Program-made: the position numbers and the translations under genes
Shown here: positions 37,042-46,933 of the stretch, in pieces
Layout of the letters: every line of letters starts with the position of its first letter
How positions within the stretch are numbered: position 1 is the first letter of the stretch
Assembly (NCBI GenBank): GCA_963664225.1
Contig: OY760937.1
Span: 5,184,001-5,248,000 of the forward strand
Reading direction: 5' to 3'
DNA from: Verrucomicrobiia bacterium
GTDB lineage: Bacteria; Verrucomicrobiota; Verrucomicrobiia; Limisphaerales; UBA1319
DNA length: 64,000 nucleotides
The notes under the pieces: generated by a model
Databases searched by the model: none
What the model saw: the letters and a program-made list of their open reading frames with translations, nothing else
Told to the model about the DNA's origin: nothing

Positions 37042-37155
37042 ATTGCACCCGCTCTAACGGGTGAGCCTTTCCTGTGGCGTCTGACCTTCAGCAATCACCT
37101 GAAGCGACACCGGGGAGCGTCAAGAGCAAGAGAATACAGACAAGCCATTGTTTAC

Positions 37156-37254
37156 GCATAACGTAGAAACCTGAGCCGTCGCCCACTTGCGACGTGAACC
37201 GCGACAGCGAAACAGACCGCGCCAACGGCGGCTGGCTCCGGCGACTTGTCTGGC
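37156..37254 (-). mobile_element. integron attC site
   Basis: Minus strand: GCCAGAC aagtcgccggagccagccgccgttggcgcg...ggcgacggctcaggtttctac GTTATGC; R''/R' boxes and internal dyad. Confidence 0.8.
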
Positions 37255-37272
37255 AGCATTTTGTGCATCTCA

Positions 37273-37599
37273 CTATAATCTCCGATACCGAAGCACTCTA
37301 GCCAGACAAGCTGCTGACGCAACGACAAACAGCATCCATAACTGAAGCAAATCTGAACCGAGCAAGCAATATGTCTCATCGGGGTCATCAGATGTGGGCA
37401 GAGAAAACGCGCTCCACGGCTGTAACAAAAACCCCGCCAGCAAAACAAGGATGCAAGCGATCACGATTGCAACCAATGAACGCTTCCACCACAACAATGC
37501 GAGCAACCCAGCTGCGACCAAAACAATGCCGCCGATAATCAACAGCCCGTAAAAGATGGCTGCCTCTGCCAAACCCGCAATTGCTAAAAATCCGTCCAT
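37273..37599 (-). CDS. integron cassette-encoded membrane protein (108 aa)
   Basis: Promoterless 3-TM ORF filling the space between two attC sites. Confidence 0.7.
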   Translation of the reverse strand: MDGFLAIAGLAEAAIFYGLLIIGGIVLVAAGLLALLWWKRSLVAIVIACILVLLAGFLLQPWSAFSLPTSDDPDETYCLLGSDLLQLWMLFVVASAACLARVLRYRRL

Positions 37600-37611
37600 A
37601 CGCGTGATGCT

Positions 37612-37713
37612 GCCTAACGACGTAAAAAGCTGAGCCGCCGCCGACTCGTGACGTGAACCGCGACTGCGGAACGGATCGCGCCAACGGCGGTTGGCTCCGG
37701 CGACTCGTCAGGC
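37612..37713 (-). mobile_element. integron attC site
   Basis: Minus strand: GCCTGAC gagtcgccggagccaaccgccgttggcgcg...ggcggcggctcagctttttacgtc GTTAGGC; highly similar to the 37156-37254 site. Confidence 0.8.
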
Positions 37714-37964
37714 TGCTGGTCGTAAATCATCTGTGTATCAAGCCAAAGCCCTGCCTTTACTCGCTCGCCACACAGCCCAGGTCAACATAACGAGATACTG
37801 CGCTATCCAGCCGATCAACAAAGCTGGCACCATGCACCTGAACAATGTCTCTATAAAATGCGATTACATTCCCCAAACAAATTGGACAAAGAGCGGCTAT
37901 GGAGTAGGCTGGCTACTGTAGGATATTAGGCAGGTTATATCTGCTGCGCCGACAGGTTCGATTT

Positions 37965-40900
37965 ATGCAAATAAAAGAACAGGGATGTGTCCGGGGCTTT
38001 CCAGTTGCCGCAATCCTCGCATTGGTTCAGATGACTTGCGCATCTGATTTGGCGTCGAATATATCCGGTGCTGAACCGGCCATTGCGAGTGCCGTTCAGG
38101 TCGATCTCTCTCCATCAATGCGGGTCAGCCAATCGCGTGTGTTCGACGTGCCGCTGGTTCCGACCCACCCACCGACGGATGCAGAGAGCCTGGTGCTGAT
38201 TGACTCACTGGAAAAATTCCGGCAGCGAAAGATCCGGGACGATTTTTCCGGGCTCCGGGAGTTTCTGGACAATCATCCAGATTCGGCGTGGTCCCTCGCG
38301 CTGGAGACCCAACTGGGAGGCGAGTATTACCGTGTGGCACGTTATTCCAGGGCGATTCAGGCCTGGCAGCACGCCTGGCAATCGGGAAAAGCCAATTCCG
38401 GGGAGGCCGCGTCATTACTGACCACGCGGGCGGGGAGCGAGCTTGCGATGATGTACGCTTCACTGGGACGCATTCCGGAACTTCGCGCGATCCTGGCAGA
38501 GATCGACAATGGTCCACCTCACGGGTTGATTTCTCGGAGTTTGCGCGGCGCTCGCGACGGGTTGTGGACGATGGAGAATCGTCCGGAGGTGGCCTTCCGC
38601 TGCGGTCCCATGGCCCTTGATCGCATCTGTGCGGCCACGGATCGCTCCAAAGCCGGTAGTCAGTTAATTCAGGATTCGCGGTCCACAACCAGTGGATTTT
38701 CTGCCCGGCAGGTGGCCAGCTTGTCGCACCAATTGGGGATGGACTATCAGGTGGCGTTTCGCAGTCCCGGGGCTGAAATCATTTTGCCCGCGGTCGTCCA
38801 TTGGAAAGTGGGTCATTTCGCGGCACTGACGGCCCGCGATGGGAGTCTGCTTCGTTCCGAGGATCCGACGTTTCCAAACAAAACCTGGTTTTCCAATGAC
38901 GCACTGGACGAGGAAGGGAGTGGTTACTTTTTGGTTCGCCCAGGGCCTTTGCCGTCCGGCTGGCGCGCGGTTCCCGACGCTGAAGCCGATCAAGTCTGGG
39001 GCAAGGGGCCCACCAATCTGAGTTATCGCGATGCCTCGACACAGTGGGATCTCATGGCACATTCGCCTTGCAGGAGCTCCGGAATGGCCACGTGGAACAT
39101 CCACTTGCTGCTTGCGAGCCAGCATGTTGAAGACACGCCCCTGGGCTATGCGCCGCCGCTCGGACCGCCGATTTATTTCACCGTGTCCTACAATTCAGCC
39201 GACGCCCAGGGCCTGGAGGGAGTTACCTATTCCAATATCGCCCCCGACTGGCGCATCAACTGGCTGGAGTATGTGAGCGATGACCCGATGAATCCGGCGG
39301 GCGACGTGCGATTCGCGGCGAATGGCGGGGGAGCGCTTACGTTTACGGACTTCAATTCGACGAACCGGACTTTTCAAAATCTCTTCCGCAACCGGGCCGA
39401 ACTTGTGCGAACTTCGACCAACAGCTACGAGTTGCGATACCCCGACGGTTCGAAAAAAATATTTGACCTGCCCGACGGTTCGGCCGGCACGTTGAGAAGA
39501 ATCTTTATGACGGCCATGGTGGACCCCACGGGAAACGCGGCGACGATACAATTCGAATATCCGGGCAAGATCACGAGCATCACCGACGCCATCGGACAGA
39601 AGACCAGGCTCTACTACGAATTTGGTTTTACCAATTATACCTACATTCCAAACGGAACAACCCTAACAAACGTATCCACCAACACTTACCTTGTCACACG
39701 GGTTGTGGACCCTTTCGGCAGGACCGCGACATTCCAGGCTTTTGCCGGTGGTGCGAACGCCACTTTTGTGCACCTGACCAATATCATTGATGCGATTGGC
39801 CTCAACTCGAGTTTCATCGAGACTGCAAACCAAAATGTCGGGTGGTGGATCAGCGATCTGACCACTCCCTATGGGACGACACGATTTGCAGCCGACTCCT
39901 ACATCCACGGGACCCGGGCCAACTGGATGGAAATAACGAATCCGGACGGGACGAAGGAGCGGGTCGAATTTAACGACGCTGCAGGCAGCGGCGGGGCAAG
40001 CGGGATTCTGACAAGCGATCCACTGGCCGTCGTGCCTAAGGGAGTTCCCGTGCGCAACCTTTTTCTTATGGCGCGCGACAGCTATTACTGGGATCGAAAG
40101 GCCTACGCCGAGAGTTTCAGCCAGAACTATCAGGGCTATACCCACGCCAGGGTTTATCATTTCACCCATGGCTCGGACTATTCCACCGCGTCCCCCATTT
40201 TGGAAAGTTACAAAGCGCCTTTCGAAAACCGCGTTTGGTTCAACTACGACGGACAGTTGAATCCAACCTTCGTCGGCACCTCCGACCAGCCCACGAAAAT
40301 CTCGCGCGTGCTCGACGATGGGACGACGCAGATTTATCAAACTGAATACAACTCCTTGAACAATCCCACCCGGACCATCGATCCGATGGGGCGAACCCTG
40401 AGCTTCCTATACGATTCGAACCAGATTGATTTGAAAGAAGTCCGGCAGACCCGCGCCTCACAAAATGAACTGCTTTTCGCGGCGACCTACAATTCGCAGC
40501 ATCTACCGCTCAGCGCCACCGACGCCGCCCGACAGACGACCGTTTTCACCTATAACTCGCGTGGCCAAATGCTGACCGTGACCAATCCCCGGGGGGAACA
40601 AGATGTCTTAAAGTACGATGCCACGGGCTATCTGATCGCCATCGACGGGCCGCTGCCCGGCACCAACGACACCACGCGGTTCACTTACGACGCAGTTGGG
40701 CGTTTGCAGACTGCGACTGATCTCGACGGTTACACGCTCAGATTCAACTATGACGATCTGGATCGTCTCACGCAGATCACTTATCCCGATGGGACCCATG
40801 AATCAACAGTCTATAAACTTCTCGACCCGGAACTTCTCACTGACCGCGCGGGCAGGGAAACCCGACTGACGTTTGACAGCCTTCGTCAACTGACCGCGGT

Positions 40901-42896
40901 TCAGGATGCGCTGGGCCGTGTGACCCGGTATGAATGGTGCGGGTGCGGCGGCCTGGAATCCATCATCGACGCGATGGGCCACACGACTACCTGGACCCGC
41001 GACATGCAAGGTCGTGTGGTCGCAAAGATTATTCCGGGCGGGTCACAAGTTCTTTATGATTATGAGCCCGGGAGTGGAAACTTGAAGTCGATTCGAGATG
41101 AGCAGGGCCAGATCAAGGTGTTCCGCTATAATATCGACAACACGCTCCGCGAAAAGAGTTATCTCAACGCGGTCATAAAGACCCCAACAGTCAGTTTTAC
41201 ATACGATGCTGATTACCGGCGCGTGCGGAGCATGCAAGATGGAAATGGTCTGACAACCTATGGTTATTATCCGATTACCAGCGCTGCCTCCCTCGGGGCC
41301 GGGCGCCTCGCAACGATTGATGGACCATGGGCCAACGACACGGTCAGCTTTAGTTACGACGAGGTTGGCCGAGTCTCCAACCGCGCAATTAATGGCGTGG
41401 CTGTCCAGCGGGCTTATGATGTGGCCGGCCGGTTGAAGCAAATGACCAACGCACTCGGTGTTTTCACTTTTGCGTGGGAGGGTGGCAGCAAGCGGCTTTC
41501 TTCCGTGCAATATCCGAATGGCCAGCGCACGGATTACGCATTTTATGGAAACGTTCAAGATCAGCTTCTGCAACGCATTACCCATCGACTTGCGAACGAT
41601 GCCATGCTTTCCGAATTCACTTACGCCTATAACACCGTAGGGCAGATCACCAACTGGACCCAGCTCCAGGGAGGCACACTCAAATCTTGGGCGCCCGCCT
41701 ACGATGCGGCGGACCGTTTGCTCGGCGTGGCGGTATCCGAGGGAGGGATACCGGTCCAGTCGTTCGATTACATATACGATGACGCAGATAACCGAACGAG
41801 TGAGCAGACCAATGGATTTCAGCGCCTTTTCTATCACAATGCCCTTAACCAACTCACTGGTATCACCGACAACGCCCTTCCCACGACGACTTACCAATGG
41901 GATGCGGCACATCGCCTCGTGGCGATCAGCAACGGCACACACCGGACTGAACTCAGCTATGACGGATTGGACCGCCGCACCGGCATCGTCGAGAGAGACA
42001 ACGGCGCCGTGGTCAAGGAACGACGCTATCTGTGGGATGGTCTTCAGTTATGCGAGGAACGAGATGCAATTGGCGGTGCCACCCTGACAAGTTATTCCAG
42101 CTTTGGAGTCGCCAGTTCTGCGGGTTCCGACCTGCCGGTTGGTAATTATTGTTTCACGCGCGACCATTTGGCCTCGGTCAGGGAAATGTGTGACCATTCC
42201 GGGAATGTCCGTGCCCAATTTGAATATAGTCCTTACGGCAACCAGCAGAGGTTGGGCGGCGACCTCGAACCAGGGTTTGGCTTCACCGGGCATCCGCTTC
42301 ACGTGCAAAGTTCATTACACCTGGCGCTATTTCGCGCCTATGATGCCAGGCTCGCACGATGGGTCAGCCGGGATCCTGCTGGGGAAGCGCAAGGCCAGAA
42401 TCTTTATGCCTATGTGAGAAATAACCCCATGAACTTCACTGATCCCACCGGGCTTAAAGGAAGAGGATGGACAATAGACCTGCAAAAAGATTTGGTAAAT
42501 TATTTGCAGGCAAATCTTCCCGGAGATACAGACGGGATTCGTCGGCAGCGAACTATACTAAAGGGAATGCAGGAGGACGCCGCGAGAATAGCCTACATGC
42601 GGAGTCATCCCGATCCGAGAGATGGGCAAGCACTGAGGGACCTTATGGCGAGAGATGACACGAAACCGAATCCAGCCATCAATCCCAACGAGCTCGTTTG
42701 TAGAGAAGGTCCTATTCCCAGTGACCTGAGGCGGGCCGTTACACGCACTCAATGGGAACAAGATTGGCACAACATCTATGAAGGACTTCGCCTTTCGTTT
42801 GGAGCTTCTGAAAGGTGGGAAGTTTCTGAAGAATATTTAAGTGCTGACCAGAGGGGCACTGAAGTTTACCGCTATGCTGATGCCTATTGGTACTGA
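37965..42896 (+). CDS. RHS/YD-repeat protein with N-terminal TPR and C39-like peptidase domain and variable C-terminal tip
   Basis: Signal-like N-terminus, RCGPMAL/VGHF/EDP triad, many YD repeats, RHS core FRAYD..LARWVSRDP...NLYAYV.NNPMNFTDPTGL. Confidence 0.9.
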   Translation: MQIKEQGCVRGFPVAAILALVQMTCASDLASNISGAEPAIASAVQVDLSPSMRVSQSRVFDVPLVPTHPPTDAESLVLIDSLEKFRQRKIRDDFSGLREFLDNHPDSAWSLALETQLGGEYYRVARYSRAIQAWQHAWQSGKANSGEAASLLTTRAGSELAMMYASLGRIPELRAILAEIDNGPPHGLISRSLRGARDGLWTMENRPEVAFRCGPMALDRICAATDRSKAGSQLIQDSRSTTSGFSARQVASLSHQLGMDYQVAFRSPGAEIILPAVVHWKVGHFAALTARDGSLLRSEDPTFPNKTWFSNDALDEEGSGYFLVRPGPLPSGWRAVPDAEADQVWGKGPTNLSYRDASTQWDLMAHSPCRSSGMATWNIHLLLASQHVEDTPLGYAPPLGPPIYFTVSYNSADAQGLEGVTYSNIAPDWRINWLEYVSDDPMNPAGDVRFAANGGGALTFTDFNSTNRTFQNLFRNRAELVRTSTNSYELRYPDGSKKIFDLPDGSAGTLRRIFMTAMVDPTGNAATIQFEYPGKITSITDAIGQKTRLYYEFGFTNYTYIPNGTTLTNVSTNTYLVTRVVDPFGRTATFQAFAGGANATFVHLTNIIDAIGLNSSFIETANQNVGWWISDLTTPYGTTRFAADSYIHGTRANWMEITNPDGTKERVEFNDAAGSGGASGILTSDPLAVVPKGVPVRNLFLMARDSYYWDRKAYAESFSQNYQGYTHARVYHFTHGSDYSTASPILESYKAPFENRVWFNYDGQLNPTFVGTSDQPTKISRVLDDGTTQIYQTEYNSLNNPTRTIDPMGRTLSFLYDSNQIDLKEVRQTRASQNELLFAATYNSQHLPLSATDAARQTTVFTYNSRGQMLTVTNPRGEQDVLKYDATGYLIAIDGPLPGTNDTTRFTYDAVGRLQTATDLDGYTLRFNYDDLDRLTQITYPDGTHESTVYKLLDPELLTDRAGRETRLTFDSLRQLTAVQDALGRVTRYEWCGCGGLESIIDAMGHTTTWTRDMQGRVVAKIIPGGSQVLYDYEPGSGNLKSIRDEQGQIKVFRYNIDNTLREKSYLNAVIKTPTVSFTYDADYRRVRSMQDGNGLTTYGYYPITSAASLGAGRLATIDGPWANDTVSFSYDEVGRVSNRAINGVAVQRAYDVAGRLKQMTNALGVFTFAWEGGSKRLSSVQYPNGQRTDYAFYGNVQDQLLQRITHRLANDAMLSEFTYAYNTVGQITNWTQLQGGTLKSWAPAYDAADRLLGVAVSEGGIPVQSFDYIYDDADNRTSEQTNGFQRLFYHNALNQLTGITDNALPTTTYQWDAAHRLVAISNGTHRTELSYDGLDRRTGIVERDNGAVVKERRYLWDGLQLCEERDAIGGATLTSYSSFGVASSAGSDLPVGNYCFTRDHLASVREMCDHSGNVRAQFEYSPYGNQQRLGGDLEPGFGFTGHPLHVQSSLHLALFRAYDARLARWVSRDPAGEAQGQNLYAYVRNNPMNFTDPTGLKGRGWTIDLQKDLVNYLQANLPGDTDGIRRQRTILKGMQEDAARIAYMRSHPDPRDGQALRDLMARDDTKPNPAINPNELVCREGPIPSDLRRAVTRTQWEQDWHNIYEGLRLSFGASERWEVSEEYLSADQRGTEVYRYADAYWY

Positions 42897-42947
42897 GACG
42901 GTTATCCGAACCGCAGTTACGAAGACACTTTCACCGCCAAACCACCC

Positions 42948-45839
42948 GTGAAGCACGTTCCCACGTCATTGCCCGACATTATTTGTCTTTTGCGCTTGAT
43001 GCTTTTGCTTTGCCAATGCGTTGTGCCGTCGAAGGCTCTATGCCAGCTGACGCAGTTGAAGTACGAGCCGTCTGGAAGCCTTGCATCTATCGCACCAACT
43101 GTTGGGACCGGGCCGATAATGATCGGCCAACCGCAATCCGGAGTCGCTGCCATTGGCGATAAGGTCTCCTGGTCCGTTATCAGCACCGGTTCGCTGCCTC
43201 TCTCCTATCAATGGCAGGTAAACAGCAACAACATTCCAGGCGCGACCGCGGATACGCTGTTGATCCTTGCCGTGGCCCCCGCCGATTTCGGAGCCTATCG
43301 TGTCATCGTCAGCAACGCCTTTGGTTCCGTCACCAGCAGCAACGCACTCTTGCAGTTGGATTCTGACGGCGATAGCCTGGCCGATTCATGGGAGATCACC
43401 TATTTCGGCAATATCACAAACTACACCGGCCTCGACGATTATGATCAGGATCACATCTCCAACCTTGCCGAATTCCACGAAGGAACTGCGCCAAAGTCTT
43501 CTAGTTCGGCAAATCCACGACTAACGATCATCAGCGATCGCGGACAGGTCTTTGTCACCCCGAATCTGCCATTCTATACCAATGGCCAAACCGTTACGCT
43601 CCTGGCCTTACCCGACCCAGGACAGGAATTCCTTGGATATCTCGGGGCGGGGATATTCAGTTCCACCTACAATATTAAAACAAATCCCGCTTCGCTGAAA
43701 ATGACCGACAGCCAGACGGTTCGCGTCATATTCGGACTTTCGATCACGAATTCGCTGGATGTCACCAACGGCTGGCGAATCGATCAGGCCGGCTGGTACG
43801 GCCAGACCAATGTCACGCATGACGGTGTGGCCGCCGTCCAGAGCGCCCGAACCTTTTCTTCAAGTGAGCAAGCGGTACTGGAGTTAACCAACGTCATGAG
43901 CGGCGAAGGAACCATCACCTTTTGGTGGAAAGTAGATGGCACACCAAGAGATAGTCTGTTCTTCTGGCTCAACAACTCCTTGCGATCCGGCCAGATCAGC
44001 TCCAACACGGACTGGCAACTGGCGACCTATTACCTCCCCGCCGGCACAAACAGGATTCGCTGGATATACGCCAAGGGAGGCAACGAAGTCTCGGAATATA
44101 ATGGCCTTCTCTATGCGCCAGTCGATGCCGGATGGGTGGATGAGGTAAAGTTTCAAGTATGGAGCAATCCTTTGCTGGATACCGACCGGGATGGCCTGCC
44201 GGATCTTTGGGAGTTAAAGTACTTTGACAGTCTTGCCGCCAGGCCCGGCGACGATCCCGACGGCGACGGCATTTCCAACCTTGATGAGTATATCGATCAT
44301 ACCGATCCCACGATCAACAGCTCATCGCTGCCCCGCCTGACTGTTACCGCAAGCGGAGGCGCCATCGTGCGCAACCCCGATTTGGCGAAGTATCCTTACA
44401 ATCAGAAAGTCGGTCTAGTTGCCGTACCGGATCCTGACAATTATTTCGTCATATGGGGTGGGGCCGTCACCGGGACGAATATCACAAATAGTTTGAACAT
44501 GTCCCGGAATCAGTCTGTCACGGCAGTCTTTGGCTCGCTACTAGCCGCTGCGCTGGAAACGCCATCGCTGGCCTGGGTGCGCGGAGGAATAATCGGCTGG
44601 TATGGTCAAACGAACGTCACGCACGACAGGGTGGATGCCGCCCAGAGCGGACCGGTCGGTTCCCAGCAGGAAAGCTCGATGCAAACAACGGTCGATGGCC
44701 CGGGAGCACTGACTTTCTGGTGGAAGGTTTCCTCCAGAACAAACTCCGACCTGGCCAGATTCCTGGTCGATGGTGTGGAGCAGCCTGAAAAGATATCCGG
44801 CGAGTTGGATTGGAATCCGCAGGTTTATTATCTCGCGCCCGGAAACCACACGCTGCGCTGGTCGTTCACAAACTCTACCGGAGTCTTCACGTTGACGAAT
44901 GGATGCGCGTGGGTGGATGAGGTTAAATTCACCACCGGGTCGTTCGCGCCGGAGATACTGCAGCAGCCCGGGGATTTGTCCGTGCTTCAAGGCGCCAGCA
45001 TCACGCTCAAAACGGTTGCGGCTGGAAGCCCCGCGCCAACTTATCAATGGTATTTGAACGGGATCAGTCTGGGCGACGCCGGCACTAATGCCACCCTCTC
45101 GCTTGGTAACGCCATCCCTGCACAGTCCGGCATCTACTACGCAGAAGTCCGCAATGCCATCCAAACGAACGCTTCGACGGCCTTCACTTTGACGGTTCTT
45201 CCGGTGCCGCCGGCCAACGACAATTATGAGGATCGAAGCGTTCTCTCCGGTACCACCGAATCGAGTGGCTACGATTTTGGAGCGACCATGGAACCGAATG
45301 AACCCAATCACAACAATCAATACCCCCGCTCCTCGGTATGGTGGAAATGGATGTCCCCGGCAACCGTCCAGTATCGGCTTGTCGCCCGAAGCAGAGGAAT
45401 CATCTCCACGCTTGTCGCCGGTGTTTACACAGGAACCGCCGTTGACAATCTAACGTCGATCGCGAGCTCTTCCCAAAATGCCTCAACGACCAACGGCGAG
45501 TCACTTGCGACGGTCCAACTTCCATTTTCCGCCATCGCCGGAACTGAGTATGCCATCGCACTGGGCCACACTTTTGGGCCTGCGGGTTATTTAAACCTCC
45601 AAATGGAAATCGCATTCCAAGGGCCTTTGCTGGGCAATCCTGGATTTAACTCCAGCGGACAGTTCGCTTTCTCATTTATCGTATCGCCAGACGCCAGCTA
45701 CGCAATCGATACGTCCACGAACTTGATCAACTGGTCCCTTGTCGCCACTGGCACTTCGACTGTGGATGGAACAGTCAACTACGTAGAACCTCCAGTTCAA
45801 CGCGGGACATTGAGAATTTATCGCGTGCGATTGCCGTAA
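42948..45839 (+). CDS. secreted multi-domain Ig / TSP3-like / InlB-B-repeat-like protein
   Basis: Signal peptide, two Ig domains (PLSYQW...GAYRVIVSN), DxDGDxLxDxWE Ca-binding repeats, duplicated WYGQTNVTHD...FWWKV...WVDEVKF domain, TSTNLINW...IYRV tail. Confidence 0.85.
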   Translation: MKHVPTSLPDIICLLRLMLLLCQCVVPSKALCQLTQLKYEPSGSLASIAPTVGTGPIMIGQPQSGVAAIGDKVSWSVISTGSLPLSYQWQVNSNNIPGATADTLLILAVAPADFGAYRVIVSNAFGSVTSSNALLQLDSDGDSLADSWEITYFGNITNYTGLDDYDQDHISNLAEFHEGTAPKSSSSANPRLTIISDRGQVFVTPNLPFYTNGQTVTLLALPDPGQEFLGYLGAGIFSSTYNIKTNPASLKMTDSQTVRVIFGLSITNSLDVTNGWRIDQAGWYGQTNVTHDGVAAVQSARTFSSSEQAVLELTNVMSGEGTITFWWKVDGTPRDSLFFWLNNSLRSGQISSNTDWQLATYYLPAGTNRIRWIYAKGGNEVSEYNGLLYAPVDAGWVDEVKFQVWSNPLLDTDRDGLPDLWELKYFDSLAARPGDDPDGDGISNLDEYIDHTDPTINSSSLPRLTVTASGGAIVRNPDLAKYPYNQKVGLVAVPDPDNYFVIWGGAVTGTNITNSLNMSRNQSVTAVFGSLLAAALETPSLAWVRGGIIGWYGQTNVTHDRVDAAQSGPVGSQQESSMQTTVDGPGALTFWWKVSSRTNSDLARFLVDGVEQPEKISGELDWNPQVYYLAPGNHTLRWSFTNSTGVFTLTNGCAWVDEVKFTTGSFAPEILQQPGDLSVLQGASITLKTVAAGSPAPTYQWYLNGISLGDAGTNATLSLGNAIPAQSGIYYAEVRNAIQTNASTAFTLTVLPVPPANDNYEDRSVLSGTTESSGYDFGATMEPNEPNHNNQYPRSSVWWKWMSPATVQYRLVARSRGIISTLVAGVYTGTAVDNLTSIASSSQNASTTNGESLATVQLPFSAIAGTEYAIALGHTFGPAGYLNLQMEIAFQGPLLGNPGFNSSGQFAFSFIVSPDASYAIDTSTNLINWSLVATGTSTVDGTVNYVEPPVQRGTLRIYRVRLP

Positions 45840-46282
45840 AGATCTGGCACACCAGCAATGTCATGCGCGTTCACCATGTTATCCCATTTCGCAGGAAATC
45901 AAATCCAATGTAACGACCTCAACCCAAACTCCAAGTGAAGACATTTGGTGACACAGACCGGAGAATATTGGCTGCCTTAGTTACTTCAGTAAACTTGAAA
46001 CGCTATGCTGTCAGCTCAAATCGGGCAATACACTTATCGGGTATGTGAACACGGCCTGGTCAATGAATGCTTGCAGCGGTGGTGCACCATTAATTTGTTC
46101 GAATATATACTAACATAGTATTATTTGCATTATTCAGCGGTTGTGCAATTGTTGCTGCGTGAGAGGGTGCTAAATAGCGGACGGAGCCCGTTATGGCTGA
46201 TACACACAAAGACTGGACAAGCGTGCAAGAGTTGCCGGTCATCAAGTGCATGGTGCCCTGCGATTGTGGTCAATGGGGTGTC

Positions 46283-46933
46283 ATGGTTAAGCGAATGCAA
46301 TGTGTGACGCCCATAAGTGCCTGGGTAACGACGCGGTTTGTCATTCCCCTTTATTTAATCGTTGGTCTGAGTCTGGCCACGGCCCAGGGCACGGTGACGG
46401 TGCTCAACACTGGCAAAGGCCAACCCCTTGCTACGCAGGTTCGAACGGTTACGATTGACGCGTTCCAGGTCCAGCCCGAAGTGCGATTCAACTTCGGTTT
46501 TGGCACGGACGAAACCGTCACGCCCGGTACCTTCCTGGATTCCTTCACTGTCACGATCCAGGACGCCAGTCAAGTCTTCACCGCCGTTTATCTGACCGCT
46601 GACGCCAGTGGCACGGTTCTCGCGCCACCGACGCCGGGGACGCTTCCCATCGATTCCGCAACGATCGAATCTCACGCCATCGTGTATTCGAGCCTTGATC
46701 CCGTTTTTGAGTTTGAGAATGCCTTTCAGGTCGTCGCGGCGATCCCGCAGCAATTCGTCGGCGGTCAGATTAACGTTTATTTTGATCTTTTCGATAACCT
46801 CGACTCGAAGGCGTCACAAGCATGGTTCAGTGACCCCGAGGTAATGAGCGTTCCCGAGCCGCAGATATGGACGCTGCTGCTGCTGGGGCTGTGTTTGGGA
46901 TCATTCCGATTCACACATGACATCGCCTCATGA
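46283..46933 (+). CDS. PEP-CTERM-like surface protein
   Basis: Signal peptide, beta-rich domain, SVPEPQIWTLLLLGLCLG; basic tail weak; start uncertain; overlaps the next start codon. Confidence 0.7.
   Translation: MVKRMQCVTPISAWVTTRFVIPLYLIVGLSLATAQGTVTVLNTGKGQPLATQVRTVTIDAFQVQPEVRFNFGFGTDETVTPGTFLDSFTVTIQDASQVFTAVYLTADASGTVLAPPTPGTLPIDSATIESHAIVYSSLDPVFEFENAFQVVAAIPQQFVGGQINVYFDLFDNLDSKASQAWFSDPEVMSVPEPQIWTLLLLGLCLGSFRFTHDIAS

Noticed and set aside
37156..37713. Two ~100-bp repeats as a CRISPR array
   Set aside because: Repeats are too long, only two, and separated by a gene; attC architecture fits better and no cas genes are present.
42917..43186. 89-aa - strand ORF as RHS immunity gene
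   Set aside because: Opposite strand and overlaps the signal peptide and Ig region of the 963-aa gene.
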